Position numbers and translations under genes: made by a program. This document shows positions 50,268-60,172 of a stretch of 64,000 bases of DNA, piece after piece. The notes beneath the pieces are model-generated. The model saw nothing but the letters and a program-made list of their open reading frames with translations, made no database searches and was not told where the DNA came from. Within the stretch, counting starts at the first letter, position 1; the number at the start of each line of letters is the position of its first letter. The DNA is from Spirochaetota bacterium. Lineage in GTDB: Bacteria; Spirochaetota; UBA4802; UBA5550. The DNA lies in the NCBI GenBank assembly GCA_050298055.1, contig JBNKTL010000015.1, positions 1 to 64,000 of the forward strand, read 5' to 3'.

Positions 50268-51257
50268 TTATTTGCTCATATTGATGGTTTCTTTTATCCA
50301 GTAGGGGTGTTTATCCTGTGCCTCATGGTAAATCCTTATTAATATTTCAGCCAGGATGCCCATCTGAACAAAAAGAAGGCTGAGTATTACAAGCATAACG
50401 GTCAGCATGAGAAAGGGGTTTCCGGTCATATCCTGGTTGTAGAGAATTTTAACAATTATAACTTCTGTGAGACTCAGTATCGCAAAGGCAAGCATAATAA
50501 AACCGGTCCCACCGAATATATAGATAGGTTTTGTGGAATATGTCCCCATGAACTTAACCGTGATAAGATCCAGGATGACCTTAAAAGTTCTCTTTATCCC
50601 ATATTTTGACCGGCCAAACTGTCTGGAGAAGTGGTTGACCGGTATCTCGGTAATTTTTGCTCCTATCCATGATGCGTGAACAGGAATAAATCTGTGCATT
50701 TCCCCATAGAGGTTTACCTGTCTGAGCAGACTGCCCCTGTATGCTTTCAATGAACATCCGAGGTCGTGGAGTTTAACACCCGTTACTTTGGATATCAGCT
50801 TATTGGCAATCATAGAGGGGAGTCTTCTTGACAACATTTTGTCCTTTCTCTTTTTTCTCCAGCCGCTTACCACATCGTAACCTTCATCAATTTTTTCAAG
50901 GAGCTTTTTTATATCTTCCGGATCATTCTGCAAATCTGAATCCATAAAGACAATAATCTCACCACTTGAAAAATCGATTCCCGCTGACATTGCGGCTGTT
51001 TGCCCAAAATTCCTTCTGAATATAACAAGCTTTATCCTCTTATCTTTTTGAGCAATTTCTGTAAGCTTTTCCGTGGAGGTATCGGTGCTTCCGTCATCGA
51101 CGAATATAACTTCAAATTTTTTCTTGAGGAATGAGAGCGCATTAATAATTTTCTCATACTGGAGATTAATGTTCTCCTCTTCATTATACACCGGTAAAAC
51201 AATAGAGAGGTATATACCGCCTTTGATGTTCTGCTTTTTCTTTACGGCACTGCTCAT
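50268..51257 (-). CDS. Family 2 glycosyltransferase (ArnC/GtrB-like)
   Basis: LSIVLPVYNEEEN, VDDGSTD, RNFGQTAA, MDSDLQNDP, GEMHRFIP, two C-terminal TM segments. Confidence 0.93.
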   Translation of the reverse strand: MSSAVKKKQNIKGGIYLSIVLPVYNEEENINLQYEKIINALSFLKKKFEVIFVDDGSTDTSTEKLTEIAQKDKRIKLVIFRRNFGQTAAMSAGIDFSSGEIIVFMDSDLQNDPEDIKKLLEKIDEGYDVVSGWRKKRKDKMLSRRLPSMIANKLISKVTGVKLHDLGCSLKAYRGSLLRQVNLYGEMHRFIPVHASWIGAKITEIPVNHFSRQFGRSKYGIKRTFKVILDLITVKFMGTYSTKPIYIFGGTGFIMLAFAILSLTEVIIVKILYNQDMTGNPFLMLTVMLVILSLLFVQMGILAEILIRIYHEAQDKHPYWIKETINMSK

Positions 51258-51282
51258 TATTCATATCTCCTGGAGCTGAATT

Positions 51283-51470
51283 TATTACTCAAAACTATAT
51301 ATCAGTATAATATATACAAATCATTTTTACCGGTAAAGAAAGATTTTATTTTTGCGAATTTGTCATTGTTAAAAATATAACTGATATGTCCCCGCCGCCA
51401 AGGCGGCGGGGACATATTACTGATTTTTCTTCAAAATACAAAAATTTTAGACATATGACCGAGTAGTTAC
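51283..51470. repeat. MITE/REPIN-like element copy 3
   Basis: ttactca...catatgaccgagtagttac; perfect hairpin at 51384-51417. Confidence 0.75.
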
Positions 51471-51543
51471 AAAACTTGAAATTATTTTTATCTCCAGTTA
51501 AATTAACCATAAGAAAATTCCTCTTGAAAAAATATATTATAAT

Positions 51544-51683
51544 TTACTATTCAGCTATGTATACAAATAGACATGTTTATGAACAAAAGATATCTGATAT
51601 GTCCCCGCCGCCCAAGGCGGCGGGGACATATTGTTGGCATTTTGTTGAATATGTTTATTTTAAGCCATACAGCTGAGTAGGTA
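51544..51683. repeat. MITE/REPIN-like element copy 4
   Basis: ttactattcagctatgtat...catacagctgagtaggta; perfect hairpin at 51597-51631. Confidence 0.8.
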
Positions 51684-51774
51684 CTCTTATCATTATAAAC
51701 ACTCAGTGTCATGAACGTATGATAAAAAATACTGCATGAATAAATTCAAATAATGTATTTGGAGCAGAATAATA

Positions 51775-52830
51775 ATGAATAAATCGGAACTCAGCATAAA
51801 GATTGATCCATTAAGGGAACTCATGGGAGATTATGCAACAGTCATGAATGGATACAGGGAGAGGACAGGTAAAAAAATTGCCGGTTTTAGCTGTGAGATT
51901 TTACCCTTTGAGATTATCCATTCCTTTGGAATACAGCCTCTCACAATTCCTCTTGCATATTCACAAAAATGCTGTTCCGGAGGCGGTGAATATGCAGATA
52001 TGTTTGATGTTTTAATCTATCCCCGCAGGTGCAGCTGTTTAAGTGGTCCGGATAAAGAGACTCGTAACGAAAAGGGCGTTCCCCTTTATCTTTATGATAC
52101 ATTTTCAGGATATGGCAGGGACGCATCAATTGCCCTCCATGAATCAACCGGTAAAATGCTGAAATCCCTGTTCAATTTTGACATTAAGGATATTGATATC
52201 AAAAACCTGGCCGGCTCTGTTACAATTTACAATGAGTTAAAAAGTCTTGTCAGAGGAATTCTTGAACTCAGAAAGAAAAACCCTGCGGCAATTTCAAACA
52301 ACGATTTGTATGCGGTTCTTGATGCGGCATTTTCACTGCCGCCTGAAATCGTTAAGGAATACCTTTTGAATATATTTAAAACACTGAAGGCATCAGGTGA
52401 AAGTGGAACGGGTTTTCGGGTAAACGTTCTGGTCTATTCATCCCGGTATGGCGCGGGAAAGCTCCTTGATGAGATTGAAGATGCAGGCTGCCATGTGTAT
52501 GAAGATGACCTGTGCGGAGGAAGAAGGAGATTTGATCTTTCCTATAATGCATCATCGGAGTATCTCTACTACGAGATACTTGATTCATTTTCCTATGGGC
52601 CGCTCTGTCCTTCAATACGGGATGTAAATGAAAGGTCCGAGCTGTTATATAAAATGATTAAAAAACATGGGATTGACGCTGTCATCTTTATCAAAGATAG
52701 TTGCTGCCCTGCCAGGGAAGAGCAGATTGAAGATCTGCGTATTATGCTCATGAGGTCCTGTGTTGATGCGGTTGTTGTAACAGCGGAGAACTGCCTGGAT
52801 TGTGTGAAAGATTATGCAGAGAACCTGTAA
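51775..52830 (+). CDS. 2-hydroxyacyl-CoA dehydratase family subunit (HgdB/FldC-like)
   Basis: K.IAG..C...P.EIIH..G..P, EDDLC.G.R, R...L..M.K...IDAVIF....CC. Confidence 0.75.
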   Translation: MNKSELSIKIDPLRELMGDYATVMNGYRERTGKKIAGFSCEILPFEIIHSFGIQPLTIPLAYSQKCCSGGGEYADMFDVLIYPRRCSCLSGPDKETRNEKGVPLYLYDTFSGYGRDASIALHESTGKMLKSLFNFDIKDIDIKNLAGSVTIYNELKSLVRGILELRKKNPAAISNNDLYAVLDAAFSLPPEIVKEYLLNIFKTLKASGESGTGFRVNVLVYSSRYGAGKLLDEIEDAGCHVYEDDLCGGRRRFDLSYNASSEYLYYEILDSFSYGPLCPSIRDVNERSELLYKMIKKHGIDAVIFIKDSCCPAREEQIEDLRIMLMRSCVDAVVVTAENCLDCVKDYAENL

Positions 52831-52837
52831 TGACTTG

Positions 52838-52893
52838 ATAGTCTCAACCGTATAGTCTCAACAACGTTGTTGAGACTATACGGTTGAGACTAT
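52838..52893. repeat. Perfect 56-bp palindrome built from 14-bp tandem units, between convergent genes
   Basis: atagtctcaaccgtatagtctcaacaac|gttgttgagactatacggttgagactat. Confidence 0.85.
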
Positions 52894-52905
52894 ACGGTTT
52901 AAAAT

Positions 52906-54888
52906 TTATTTTGCCGTTTTTAATATTTTGTAATAGTCACCTGTTACATTTATGGCTTCCTTAAGGAAAAGGTCATTTTTCAGATCAATGAGATTTTTCC
53001 CGTCTTTGCTGTGGATACCTTTTTTCATGACATCTTCTTTCTGTTGCGAGAGTTTCGACTCTTCCTTGAGGCTTATTGTCTTATTGTTCAGCTGTTTTTT
53101 GAATGTTTTAATTTTTTTTAACAGTTCAATATAGTCACTGTCTCCATTGATTCTCTTTTCTGATTTTTTCTTAAGTGCGGAAACAAGCTTGTTGTTAACA
53201 AATCCGTACCTGGTGAACCGGGTGCTCTTGATCTTTTTCCATTTCAGGGGGTATTTCGTCTTTTGTTCCCCTATGTCCCATATGGAACTGAGAGAAGGGA
53301 TTATTATATCGGGCTTTATTCCGTAGAGCTGGTTCGAGGTCCCCGAGGGCTGATAGAATATATGAGTTGTGACCTTAATCGCTCCAAGATTTCCCGGAAG
53401 AACATTATATGACTGGACCGTCCCCTTCCCGAAAGTATTTGTGGGTCCCAGCACAAGTCCCCTGCCGTAGTCCTTTATCGCACCGGCGAGAATTTCCGAA
53501 GCGCTGGCGCTGAACTTATTAATAAGGAGAACTAATGGCCCTCTGTAGATTGTTCCCCCGTCATTGTCATATATAACCTGGGGCGGAATGCTTGATTCGT
53601 CTCCGGGACTGCTTCCTCCCTTTAGCTGAAGGATCGGACCGTTCCTGTTGTCAATGAAGAGCCCGGCAATTTCAATTGCATCGTTTAGTCCGCCGCCCGG
53701 GTTCCCTCTCAGATCGAGTACGATGATATCAGATTTCTGTTTAACCATCTTTTCCACATGGTACTTCGTATCTCCCGAAGAACTCTTGCCGCTTCTCATG
53801 TCCCTGTAGAATGACGGCAGCTTAATATATCCGATTCTGATTTTCTGTCCGTTTGTTTTATATGTATAAAGTTCAGATTCTGCATCGGAATCCTGGAGCT
53901 TTATCTCTTCCCTGATAATAGGAACAACCATCCTTTCCGGCTTATTGTCTTTCCCCACATCCCTGATAATCGTAAGCCGTACTTCCGTCCCTTTTGGGCC
54001 CCTGATCTTTTTGACCACATCCCGCAGTGCCATATCAATAACATCAACAGGCTCGCCATCTTTCTGCGCCACAGCGACAATTTTGTCGTTAGGTTTAAGT
54101 CGTATTTCCTCCGGAAGTTTGTCGGTGGCACCGCCCGGGATGATCGATTCGACGATGACAAAACCGTCCTCGGAACTGAGCCTGACCCCGATCCCTTCAA
54201 GTTTAAGTTCCATGGAAATCTTGAAGTCTTCGTTTTCAGACTGCGAAAGGTAGTTTGAATGGGGATCAAGAGCCGTTGAGTATGCATTAACAAAACGTGT
54301 CAGGAGCATTGACTTGTCAATCTCTTCGGTTCTTTTTTCCATGAGATCAAATTTTTTCCTGAGCTTTTCTTTTGCCTTCTTTATGTCCTTGTCCGCGGAG
54401 AGATAGTTAAGAAGCTGAAGTTTGATGTTTTTTCTCCACCTCTCTCTCATTTCATTTTTATCTGCGGCATAGTCGACTTTGTCCCTGTCGACAATTATTG
54501 TTTCATCCCTGTTGAAGTCATATTTTCTTTTTATCAGCTCCTGGAAAAGATTCATGTTTTCTTTGAAGCGTATTTTATAGACTTCAAAGACCTTATAAAC
54601 AAAATCATATCTTTCATTTGCAATATCATCATCAATAAGTTTTTTACGTTTCTGGAATTCATCAATGTCCTTTTTATAGAAATAGTATTTACTATAGTCA
54701 AGAGAACTGATATAGTTATTAAGTATCTTTTCTGATATTTCATCATTAAGCCTGTGATACTCTGCATGCATTGTGAGGAACTTTCTTACAAGGGCCGGGA
54801 TATTTGATTCCTCGAGGCCGGATGTTCTCCCTTTGCATGAAAAAACCAGTATCATCATTATCATTAACAGTAATCGTTTCTTCAACAT
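52906..54888 (-). CDS. prc: Carboxy-terminal processing protease (S41, Prc/Tsp type), lipoprotein
   Basis: LDPHSNY, LEGIG, PDZ, LDLRGNPGG, SASASEILAGA.KDYGR, FGKGTVQ; VFSC lipobox. Confidence 0.92.
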   Translation of the reverse strand: MLKKRLLLMIMMILVFSCKGRTSGLEESNIPALVRKFLTMHAEYHRLNDEISEKILNNYISSLDYSKYYFYKKDIDEFQKRKKLIDDDIANERYDFVYKVFEVYKIRFKENMNLFQELIKRKYDFNRDETIIVDRDKVDYAADKNEMRERWRKNIKLQLLNYLSADKDIKKAKEKLRKKFDLMEKRTEEIDKSMLLTRFVNAYSTALDPHSNYLSQSENEDFKISMELKLEGIGVRLSSEDGFVIVESIIPGGATDKLPEEIRLKPNDKIVAVAQKDGEPVDVIDMALRDVVKKIRGPKGTEVRLTIIRDVGKDNKPERMVVPIIREEIKLQDSDAESELYTYKTNGQKIRIGYIKLPSFYRDMRSGKSSSGDTKYHVEKMVKQKSDIIVLDLRGNPGGGLNDAIEIAGLFIDNRNGPILQLKGGSSPGDESSIPPQVIYDNDGGTIYRGPLVLLINKFSASASEILAGAIKDYGRGLVLGPTNTFGKGTVQSYNVLPGNLGAIKVTTHIFYQPSGTSNQLYGIKPDIIIPSLSSIWDIGEQKTKYPLKWKKIKSTRFTRYGFVNNKLVSALKKKSEKRINGDSDYIELLKKIKTFKKQLNNKTISLKEESKLSQQKEDVMKKGIHSKDGKNLIDLKNDLFLKEAINVTGDYYKILKTAK

Positions 54889-54987
54889 GTATGTTCTCCG
54901 GAAAATAATTTTGATGATGTTCTCTTCAGCCTGAAAATTAGTCAATAAGATTTTAGATGAATAAATGAGATAATTTATTCATAATGA

Positions 54988-55070
54988 TTCAATTCTGTAT
55001 AAGAATAATCATTTTCATGAAAACATTAAAGATATGTTCCTGCTGCCTTGGGCGGAGGGAAGATACCAGT
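54988..55070. repeat. MITE/REPIN-like element, degenerate copy 6
   Basis: tgtataagaataatc flank plus decayed hairpin gatatgttcctgctgccttgggcggagggaagatacc at 55031-55067. Confidence 0.55.
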
Positions 55071-55124
55071 TTATATTTTATTAAACTTTGCATATTGTAT
55101 TGTAATAAAACGGGCATGATATAT

Positions 55125-56198
55125 TCATCCCTGCATTGTATTAATAAAACCGATAATTTCTTTTATATTCATCTGAAATTCCGCTCCTCCATTCAGTACC
55201 GCTTCTCCGGGCATTCCGAATACGACACAGGAGGCTTTGTCCTGGGCAATAGTCTTTGCACCGTTCTGTCTCATCTCCAGGAGCCCGTCCGCGCCGTCCC
55301 GTCCCATACCGGTACAGAGGATCCCTGCGGCAGAGTTTCCCGCCGCCTTACTGACTGACCTGAACATGACATCAACGGAAGGCTTAAACCTGTTAACGGG
55401 GGGACCGTCATTAACTTCAACCATGTACTTTGTCCCCCTGTTTCTAACAACCAGGTGCTTTCCACCGGGCGCGACAAGTGCCATCCCCCTGTAAACAATG
55501 TCATCCTGTTCCGCTTCCTTTACATACAGCGGGGTCATGCGGTTTATCCTGTTGGCGAATTCATAAGTAAATTTTACCGGCATATGCTGAGTAATCACAA
55601 TGCCGGGAGAGTTCTCGTCGATGTTTAAGAGGATATCTTCAATGACAACTGTCCCTCCAGTAGATGCTCCGATGGCAATAATCTCTTTACTGTTCTGTTT
55701 CTTCATGAAAGTGTCTTTTCGGGGGAGTGTTTCATCTGCAGTCAGTTTCTTTTCAATCTCCTTCATCCCGGACGCTGTCTGTTTCTTTATTCGGGAATTG
55801 GCGGCATTGATGACTTTTTCACGGAGTGAGATTTCAAACTCTTCCCTGCTGAGGTTATTTTCCGCGGAGGGTTTGCAGATAAAATCGAGAGCTCCCCGTT
55901 CAAGGGCTTTCAGGGTTTCCTTCGCACTGCCTGATGTCAGTGAACTTACCATTATCACAGGCATCGGATTGGATGTCATCAGCCGGGAAAGGAATGTCAG
56001 CCCGTCCATTCTTGGCATTTCAATATCGAGAGTCAGCACGTCGGGACTGAATCTTTTTATTTTATTAATTGCTATGTAGGGGTCCGGGGCGGATGCAACC
56101 ACTTCGATTTTCGGGGAACAGGACAACAGATTGGTGAGGTACTGCCTCATGACTGCAGAGTCATCGATTATAAGGACTTTAACTTTTTCCATTGTCAT
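55125..56198 (-). CDS. cheB: Chemotaxis response regulator protein-glutamate methylesterase
   Basis: REC domain (LTLDIEMPRMDG) plus IGASTGG, TQHMP, KPSVDV.F.S, TGMGRDGA. Confidence 0.97.
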   Translation of the reverse strand: MTMEKVKVLIIDDSAVMRQYLTNLLSCSPKIEVVASAPDPYIAINKIKRFSPDVLTLDIEMPRMDGLTFLSRLMTSNPMPVIMVSSLTSGSAKETLKALERGALDFICKPSAENNLSREEFEISLREKVINAANSRIKKQTASGMKEIEKKLTADETLPRKDTFMKKQNSKEIIAIGASTGGTVVIEDILLNIDENSPGIVITQHMPVKFTYEFANRINRMTPLYVKEAEQDDIVYRGMALVAPGGKHLVVRNRGTKYMVEVNDGPPVNRFKPSVDVMFRSVSKAAGNSAAGILCTGMGRDGADGLLEMRQNGAKTIAQDKASCVVFGMPGEAVLNGGAEFQMNIKEIIGFINTMQG

Positions 56199-56280
56199 TT
56201 CATGCAGTTTAATAATATTAAAAAGTATCTACTCAGCTATAAGGTAAAATATAGTTATTTCGAAAAATTATTTTTAATAA

Positions 56281-56409
56281 TGTCATTCCCACGGAAGCGG
56301 GAATCTATCATTTTCAATAAAATGGATCCCGGAAAAAGCAGGACGCTTTGCATGTCGGATTTGACATGGAAGTCAAAAATCCGACCTCTATGCTTCGGCC
56401 GGGATGACA
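56281..56409. repeat. dRS3/RPE-like palindromic element with a nested hairpin
   Basis: tgtcattcccacggaagcgggaatc...tggatccc...cgggatgaca; inner gtcggatttgac...gtcaaaaatccgac at 56354-56385. Confidence 0.6.
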
Positions 56410-56560
56410 GACTTATTTGTTACAAAAGTATAACATTAATTTTTCCTTATTGTCAAGACAAATGAACCGGTCAATTCTCCTGTTCATTCAATTATTGAGC
56501 GGGGTCCCCTCTTTTTTTATTGACACTGCCTGTGATATTTGTTTTCTGATCAATGGAATA

Positions 56561-56680
56561 ACTGAATCAGCTATGCATAAGAATAATCATATTTGAAAAA
56601 AAGATAACTGATATATCCCCGCCGCCTTGGGCGGCGGGGATATATTGTTGATGTTTTATATAAGTATTTTAAAAGCACAG
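56561..56680. repeat. MITE/REPIN-like element copy 5 (right end decayed)
   Basis: tcagctatgcataagaataat flank; hairpin atatatccccgccgcc-ttg-ggcggcggggatatat at 56611-56645. Confidence 0.7.
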
Positions 56681-56688
56681 GAAACATA

Positions 56689-58137
56689 ATGTTGACAGAT
56701 AAAAGTGTTACAGAATTGAAAGAACTCCTGGGAAGAGGCGAAGTCAGTGCGTCTGATATTGCCGGTTCATTCCTCGGGAGAATAAAATCCCTGAACGGTG
56801 ACCTCAATTCATTCATAACGGTGGATGAAGAAAGACTCATGGATGCCGCGGTTGAATCTGATAAAAGAAGGAAGAGCGGGAACACTCTTTCAGAGTATGA
56901 CGGAATCCCCGTAGCAGTGAAGGACAATATCTGTACGGAGGGGATGAAAACCACCTGCGGTTCAAAGATCCTTGAGAGTTTCGTGTCACCTTATAACGCT
57001 ACTTCATACAGCAGGCTTTCTGAAAAGGGGTTCATACTGCTGGGTAAAACAAACATGGATGAATTTGCCATGGGGTCCACAAATGAAACATCATATTTCG
57101 GACCGGCGAAAAATCCCTATAACCTGTCTCATGTTACCGGGGGAAGTTCAGGGGGATCGGCAGCGTCAGTGGCCGCACGGATGGCCCCTCTTGCCCTGGG
57201 TTCCGATACAGGGGGTTCCATACGTCAGCCTGCGGCTTTCTGCGGTGTTGTGGGAATAAAGCCTACATATGGAAGGGTCTCCCGGTACGGGCTGGTTGCA
57301 TTCGCGTCCTCCCTGGACCAGATTGGGGCATTCGGCAACACTGTGGATGATGCGGGAATACTTCTTTCCGCTGTTTGCGGATATGACAGCAGGGACACAA
57401 CATCGGTTGATGCTGAGATTGATTTTCCTGTTGATGCCATCACCGGTGATATCAGCGGCATGGTTGTGGGTGTGCCCGAGGAGTACTTCCAGGGTATTGC
57501 TCCTGAAATCAGTGATGCAATTAATAAAAAGCTGGGTGAGCTTGAAGAATCGGGCGTGCGGGTGGAAAAAATTTCACTCAAGTATACCGAGTACGCCATT
57601 CCTGTCTATTACCTCATCGCAACAGCCGAGGCGTCATCAAACCTTGCCCGCTTTGACGGAATAAAATACGGCTACAGGACGCCCGGTTCATCGGACCTCA
57701 GTTCTCTTTATAACCGGACAAGGAGTGAGGGTTTCGGGAAAGAGGTCAAGCGAAGGATAATCCTGGGGACTTTCTCTCTCAGTTCCGGGTATTACGATGC
57801 CTATTACCTCAAGGCCCTGAAAGGACGCAAACTGATCATAAACGACTTTAAAAAGACTTTTGAAAAAGTCGATGTCATTATCACCCCCACAACAACTACA
57901 ACTGCCCCGGTGTTCGGAGAACTTGTGAGCGATCCTCTCCAGATGTATATGTCTGATATTCTTACAATATCCGCGAATCTTGCGGGCATTCCCGGTCTCT
58001 CCCTCCCCGTGGGACGTGACAGCAGCGGGATGCCTATCGGGCTCCAGATAATGGGAAACCATTTTCAGGAAAAGAAGATACTCAACATGGCAAAGAAGAT
58101 TGAGAGTACCTGTGAATCGTTCAAACCTGATATATAA
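56689..58137 (+). CDS. gatA: Asp-tRNA(Asn)/Glu-tRNA(Gln) amidotransferase subunit A
   Basis: KTNMDEFAMGS, GGSSGGSAA, LGSDTGGSIRQPA, EASSNLARFDG, EVKRRIILGT..LSSGYYDAYY. Confidence 0.97.
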   Translation: MLTDKSVTELKELLGRGEVSASDIAGSFLGRIKSLNGDLNSFITVDEERLMDAAVESDKRRKSGNTLSEYDGIPVAVKDNICTEGMKTTCGSKILESFVSPYNATSYSRLSEKGFILLGKTNMDEFAMGSTNETSYFGPAKNPYNLSHVTGGSSGGSAASVAARMAPLALGSDTGGSIRQPAAFCGVVGIKPTYGRVSRYGLVAFASSLDQIGAFGNTVDDAGILLSAVCGYDSRDTTSVDAEIDFPVDAITGDISGMVVGVPEEYFQGIAPEISDAINKKLGELEESGVRVEKISLKYTEYAIPVYYLIATAEASSNLARFDGIKYGYRTPGSSDLSSLYNRTRSEGFGKEVKRRIILGTFSLSSGYYDAYYLKALKGRKLIINDFKKTFEKVDVIITPTTTTTAPVFGELVSDPLQMYMSDILTISANLAGIPGLSLPVGRDSSGMPIGLQIMGNHFQEKKILNMAKKIESTCESFKPDI

Positions 58138-58567
58138 ACCTCTTCTCCTGGCGCTTCTGCTGACCGGCTGTTATTCATACAGGCCCTTTGTCATTAAAAC
58201 AAAAATCACTGTTAAGGATATTGTTCCCTCTGAGAAAAACAGCAAAAAGTATTTTATAAAAAAAAATCTCAAGTATTTTGTCTATATAAGATCATCGTCA
58301 CCCATTGCCGGAATAAACAACAGGGGTGTTGATCTCGCGTTGGAGGGAAGGTTCCATGATGCAGAGTCCCTGTTCAGAGAGTCAATCCGGGAGGAGAGTG
58401 ACCAGGCGGCGGTATACAACAATCTGGGGATTATCTATGAAATATTCCGGTTAAGAAAAAAAGCGTTTGATATGTACTCACAGGCATGTATAAAGGAACC
58501 GGATAACAGTTATTTCAGAAATAATTTTTTATCCTTTGTAAATCCTCAGAAAGATCAGAGCAGGTAG
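58100..58567 (+). CDS. TPR-containing lipoprotein
   Basis: LLTGC lipobox; NNRGV..., VYNNLGIIYE TPRs; start uncertain. Confidence 0.7.
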   Translation: MRVPVNRSNLIYKPLLLALLLTGCYSYRPFVIKTKITVKDIVPSEKNSKKYFIKKNLKYFVYIRSSSPIAGINNRGVDLALEGRFHDAESLFRESIREESDQAAVYNNLGIIYEIFRLRKKAFDMYSQACIKEPDNSYFRNNFLSFVNPQKDQSR

Positions 58568-58570
58568 TCA

Positions 58571-59164
58571 ATGGTTTTTTATGAAACAAAAATATTCAGG
58601 TACTCCCTTATTGTAATACTCTGTGTTGCGGGGATTTTTCGTCCCGGCCGCTGTGATGCCGGTGTTTCCGAACAGGCGGGTCCTGTTATCATTGCTTCTG
58701 AAAAGAGAACGGTTGAAAATCTCTTTGTTGAAAAAAAAGAGGAGGTGTCGCTGACAACCACGCTCCTCCTCGATTTTACACTTCCCGGAGGGGGCCATTT
58801 TTACAGGGGTGATTACCTTACGGGGAGCGCTTTTCTGGCTCTTAAGATTACCGGTGGCCTCATGACCTGGTATTTTGTCACAAACTGGAAAGAAGCCGAA
58901 GAGAGTTATAATAACAGTAAAAGCGCAGGAGTTTCCGCTGATGAATTAGAGAATGAAAGGCGCCGTTATGACAAGTCGGCGCAGTATGTAACATTTACTG
59001 TTGCGCTGAATATCCTGGTTTACGGTGTGTCTGCCCTGATAAACTATAACAGTGTCACGAAGACAAATGAGAGAGCATTTCCCGCGTTAAACATTTCTCT
59101 GTCGGGGGGGAATGAGTACTCTGATGAATATATACTTAATTTCGGAGTGAGAATGAGGATCTAA
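58571..59164 (+). CDS. Hypothetical membrane protein
   Basis: Signal peptide; LPGGGHFY.G motif followed by TM helices. Confidence 0.65.
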   Translation: MVFYETKIFRYSLIVILCVAGIFRPGRCDAGVSEQAGPVIIASEKRTVENLFVEKKEEVSLTTTLLLDFTLPGGGHFYRGDYLTGSAFLALKITGGLMTWYFVTNWKEAEESYNNSKSAGVSADELENERRRYDKSAQYVTFTVALNILVYGVSALINYNSVTKTNERAFPALNISLSGGNEYSDEYILNFGVRMRI

Positions 59165-59166
59165 GA

Positions 59167-60165
59167 ATGCTTGTTGACAGTTTTTCAAGGAAACATAACT
59201 ACCTGCGGATATCCGTTACTGATAAGTGTAACCTGAGATGCAGTTACTGTATGCCTGCTGAAGGTGTAAAACTCCTGGAGCATGACCAGGTCCTCAGAAA
59301 CGAGGAATTCCTGAGAATAATCGGGATCTTTTCCCGGATGGGCATTAACAAGATAAGGTTTACCGGGGGAGAGCCTTTTGTCAGGAAGGGGTTTATGGAC
59401 CTGCTCGGGAGTGTCAGGAAGGAATTCAGCGAGATGGAGCTGTGTTTGACAACCAACGGCATTCTCCTCGGCAGGCATCTGGACGAACTGGTGGATTTAA
59501 ATATCAGGAAAATCAATATAAGTCTCGATACACTCTCCCGGGAGAGGTACAGGGAGATTACGGGGTCCCATATGATAGAGACTGTCATATCCGCCATTGA
59601 AGACGCCCACCGCAGGGACTTTTTTGATCTCAAGATCAACTCTGTTCTCTTCAGGGAGACACTGGATGAACTGGACAGCTACCTGGAATTTTTCAGGGAG
59701 AAGAACATTCTCATCAGGTTTATTGAAAGGATGCCTTTTCCCCGGGTGGACGTTACGCAGTCTTTTGTCTCATCAGATCGGCTGGTTGAGGCACTTGAAT
59801 CGCGAGGCGTTCTCATAAGAAATACGGAGTCGGATACGAAGGTGGCATCCATGTATGACTTTACCCACAAAAGCGGTTATAAAATCCAGCTTGGCATGAT
59901 ACCGCCAATTACACACAAGTTCTGTTCTCAGTGTAACAGGTTGAGGCTTACTGCGGACGGGATGCTGAAAACATGTCTTCATTCGGCAGATGAGATAAAC
60001 CTGCAAGACAGGTTGAGAAGTAAGGAGAGTGATGATGCGATTATGGAAATCATAGCTGAAGGCGTTAACAATAAAAAAAAGGAACATGGAATTACCTGTG
60101 ATCCGCTCAATGGCGGATGTTCCGCATTGACCGGTTCCCGGACAATGTCAAAAATCGGAGGATAA
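59167..60165 (+). CDS. moaA: GTP 3',8-cyclase
   Basis: YLRISVTDKCNLRCSYCMP, FC..CNRLRLTADG.LK.CL, C-terminal MSKIGG. Confidence 0.97.
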   Translation: MLVDSFSRKHNYLRISVTDKCNLRCSYCMPAEGVKLLEHDQVLRNEEFLRIIGIFSRMGINKIRFTGGEPFVRKGFMDLLGSVRKEFSEMELCLTTNGILLGRHLDELVDLNIRKINISLDTLSRERYREITGSHMIETVISAIEDAHRRDFFDLKINSVLFRETLDELDSYLEFFREKNILIRFIERMPFPRVDVTQSFVSSDRLVEALESRGVLIRNTESDTKVASMYDFTHKSGYKIQLGMIPPITHKFCSQCNRLRLTADGMLKTCLHSADEINLQDRLRSKESDDAIMEIIAEGVNNKKKEHGITCDPLNGGCSALTGSRTMSKIGG

Positions 60166-60172
60166 TCATTTT

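Noticed and set aside
47043..56680. CRISPR array from the recurring 34-35 bp GC palindrome
   Set aside because: Copies are hundreds to thousands of bases apart and separated by genes; there is no regular spacing and no cas genes.
55125..58137. Isolated cheB, and gatA without gatC/gatB, as anomalies
   Set aside because: Dispersed che and gat genes are common, and the partners may lie elsewhere in the genome.
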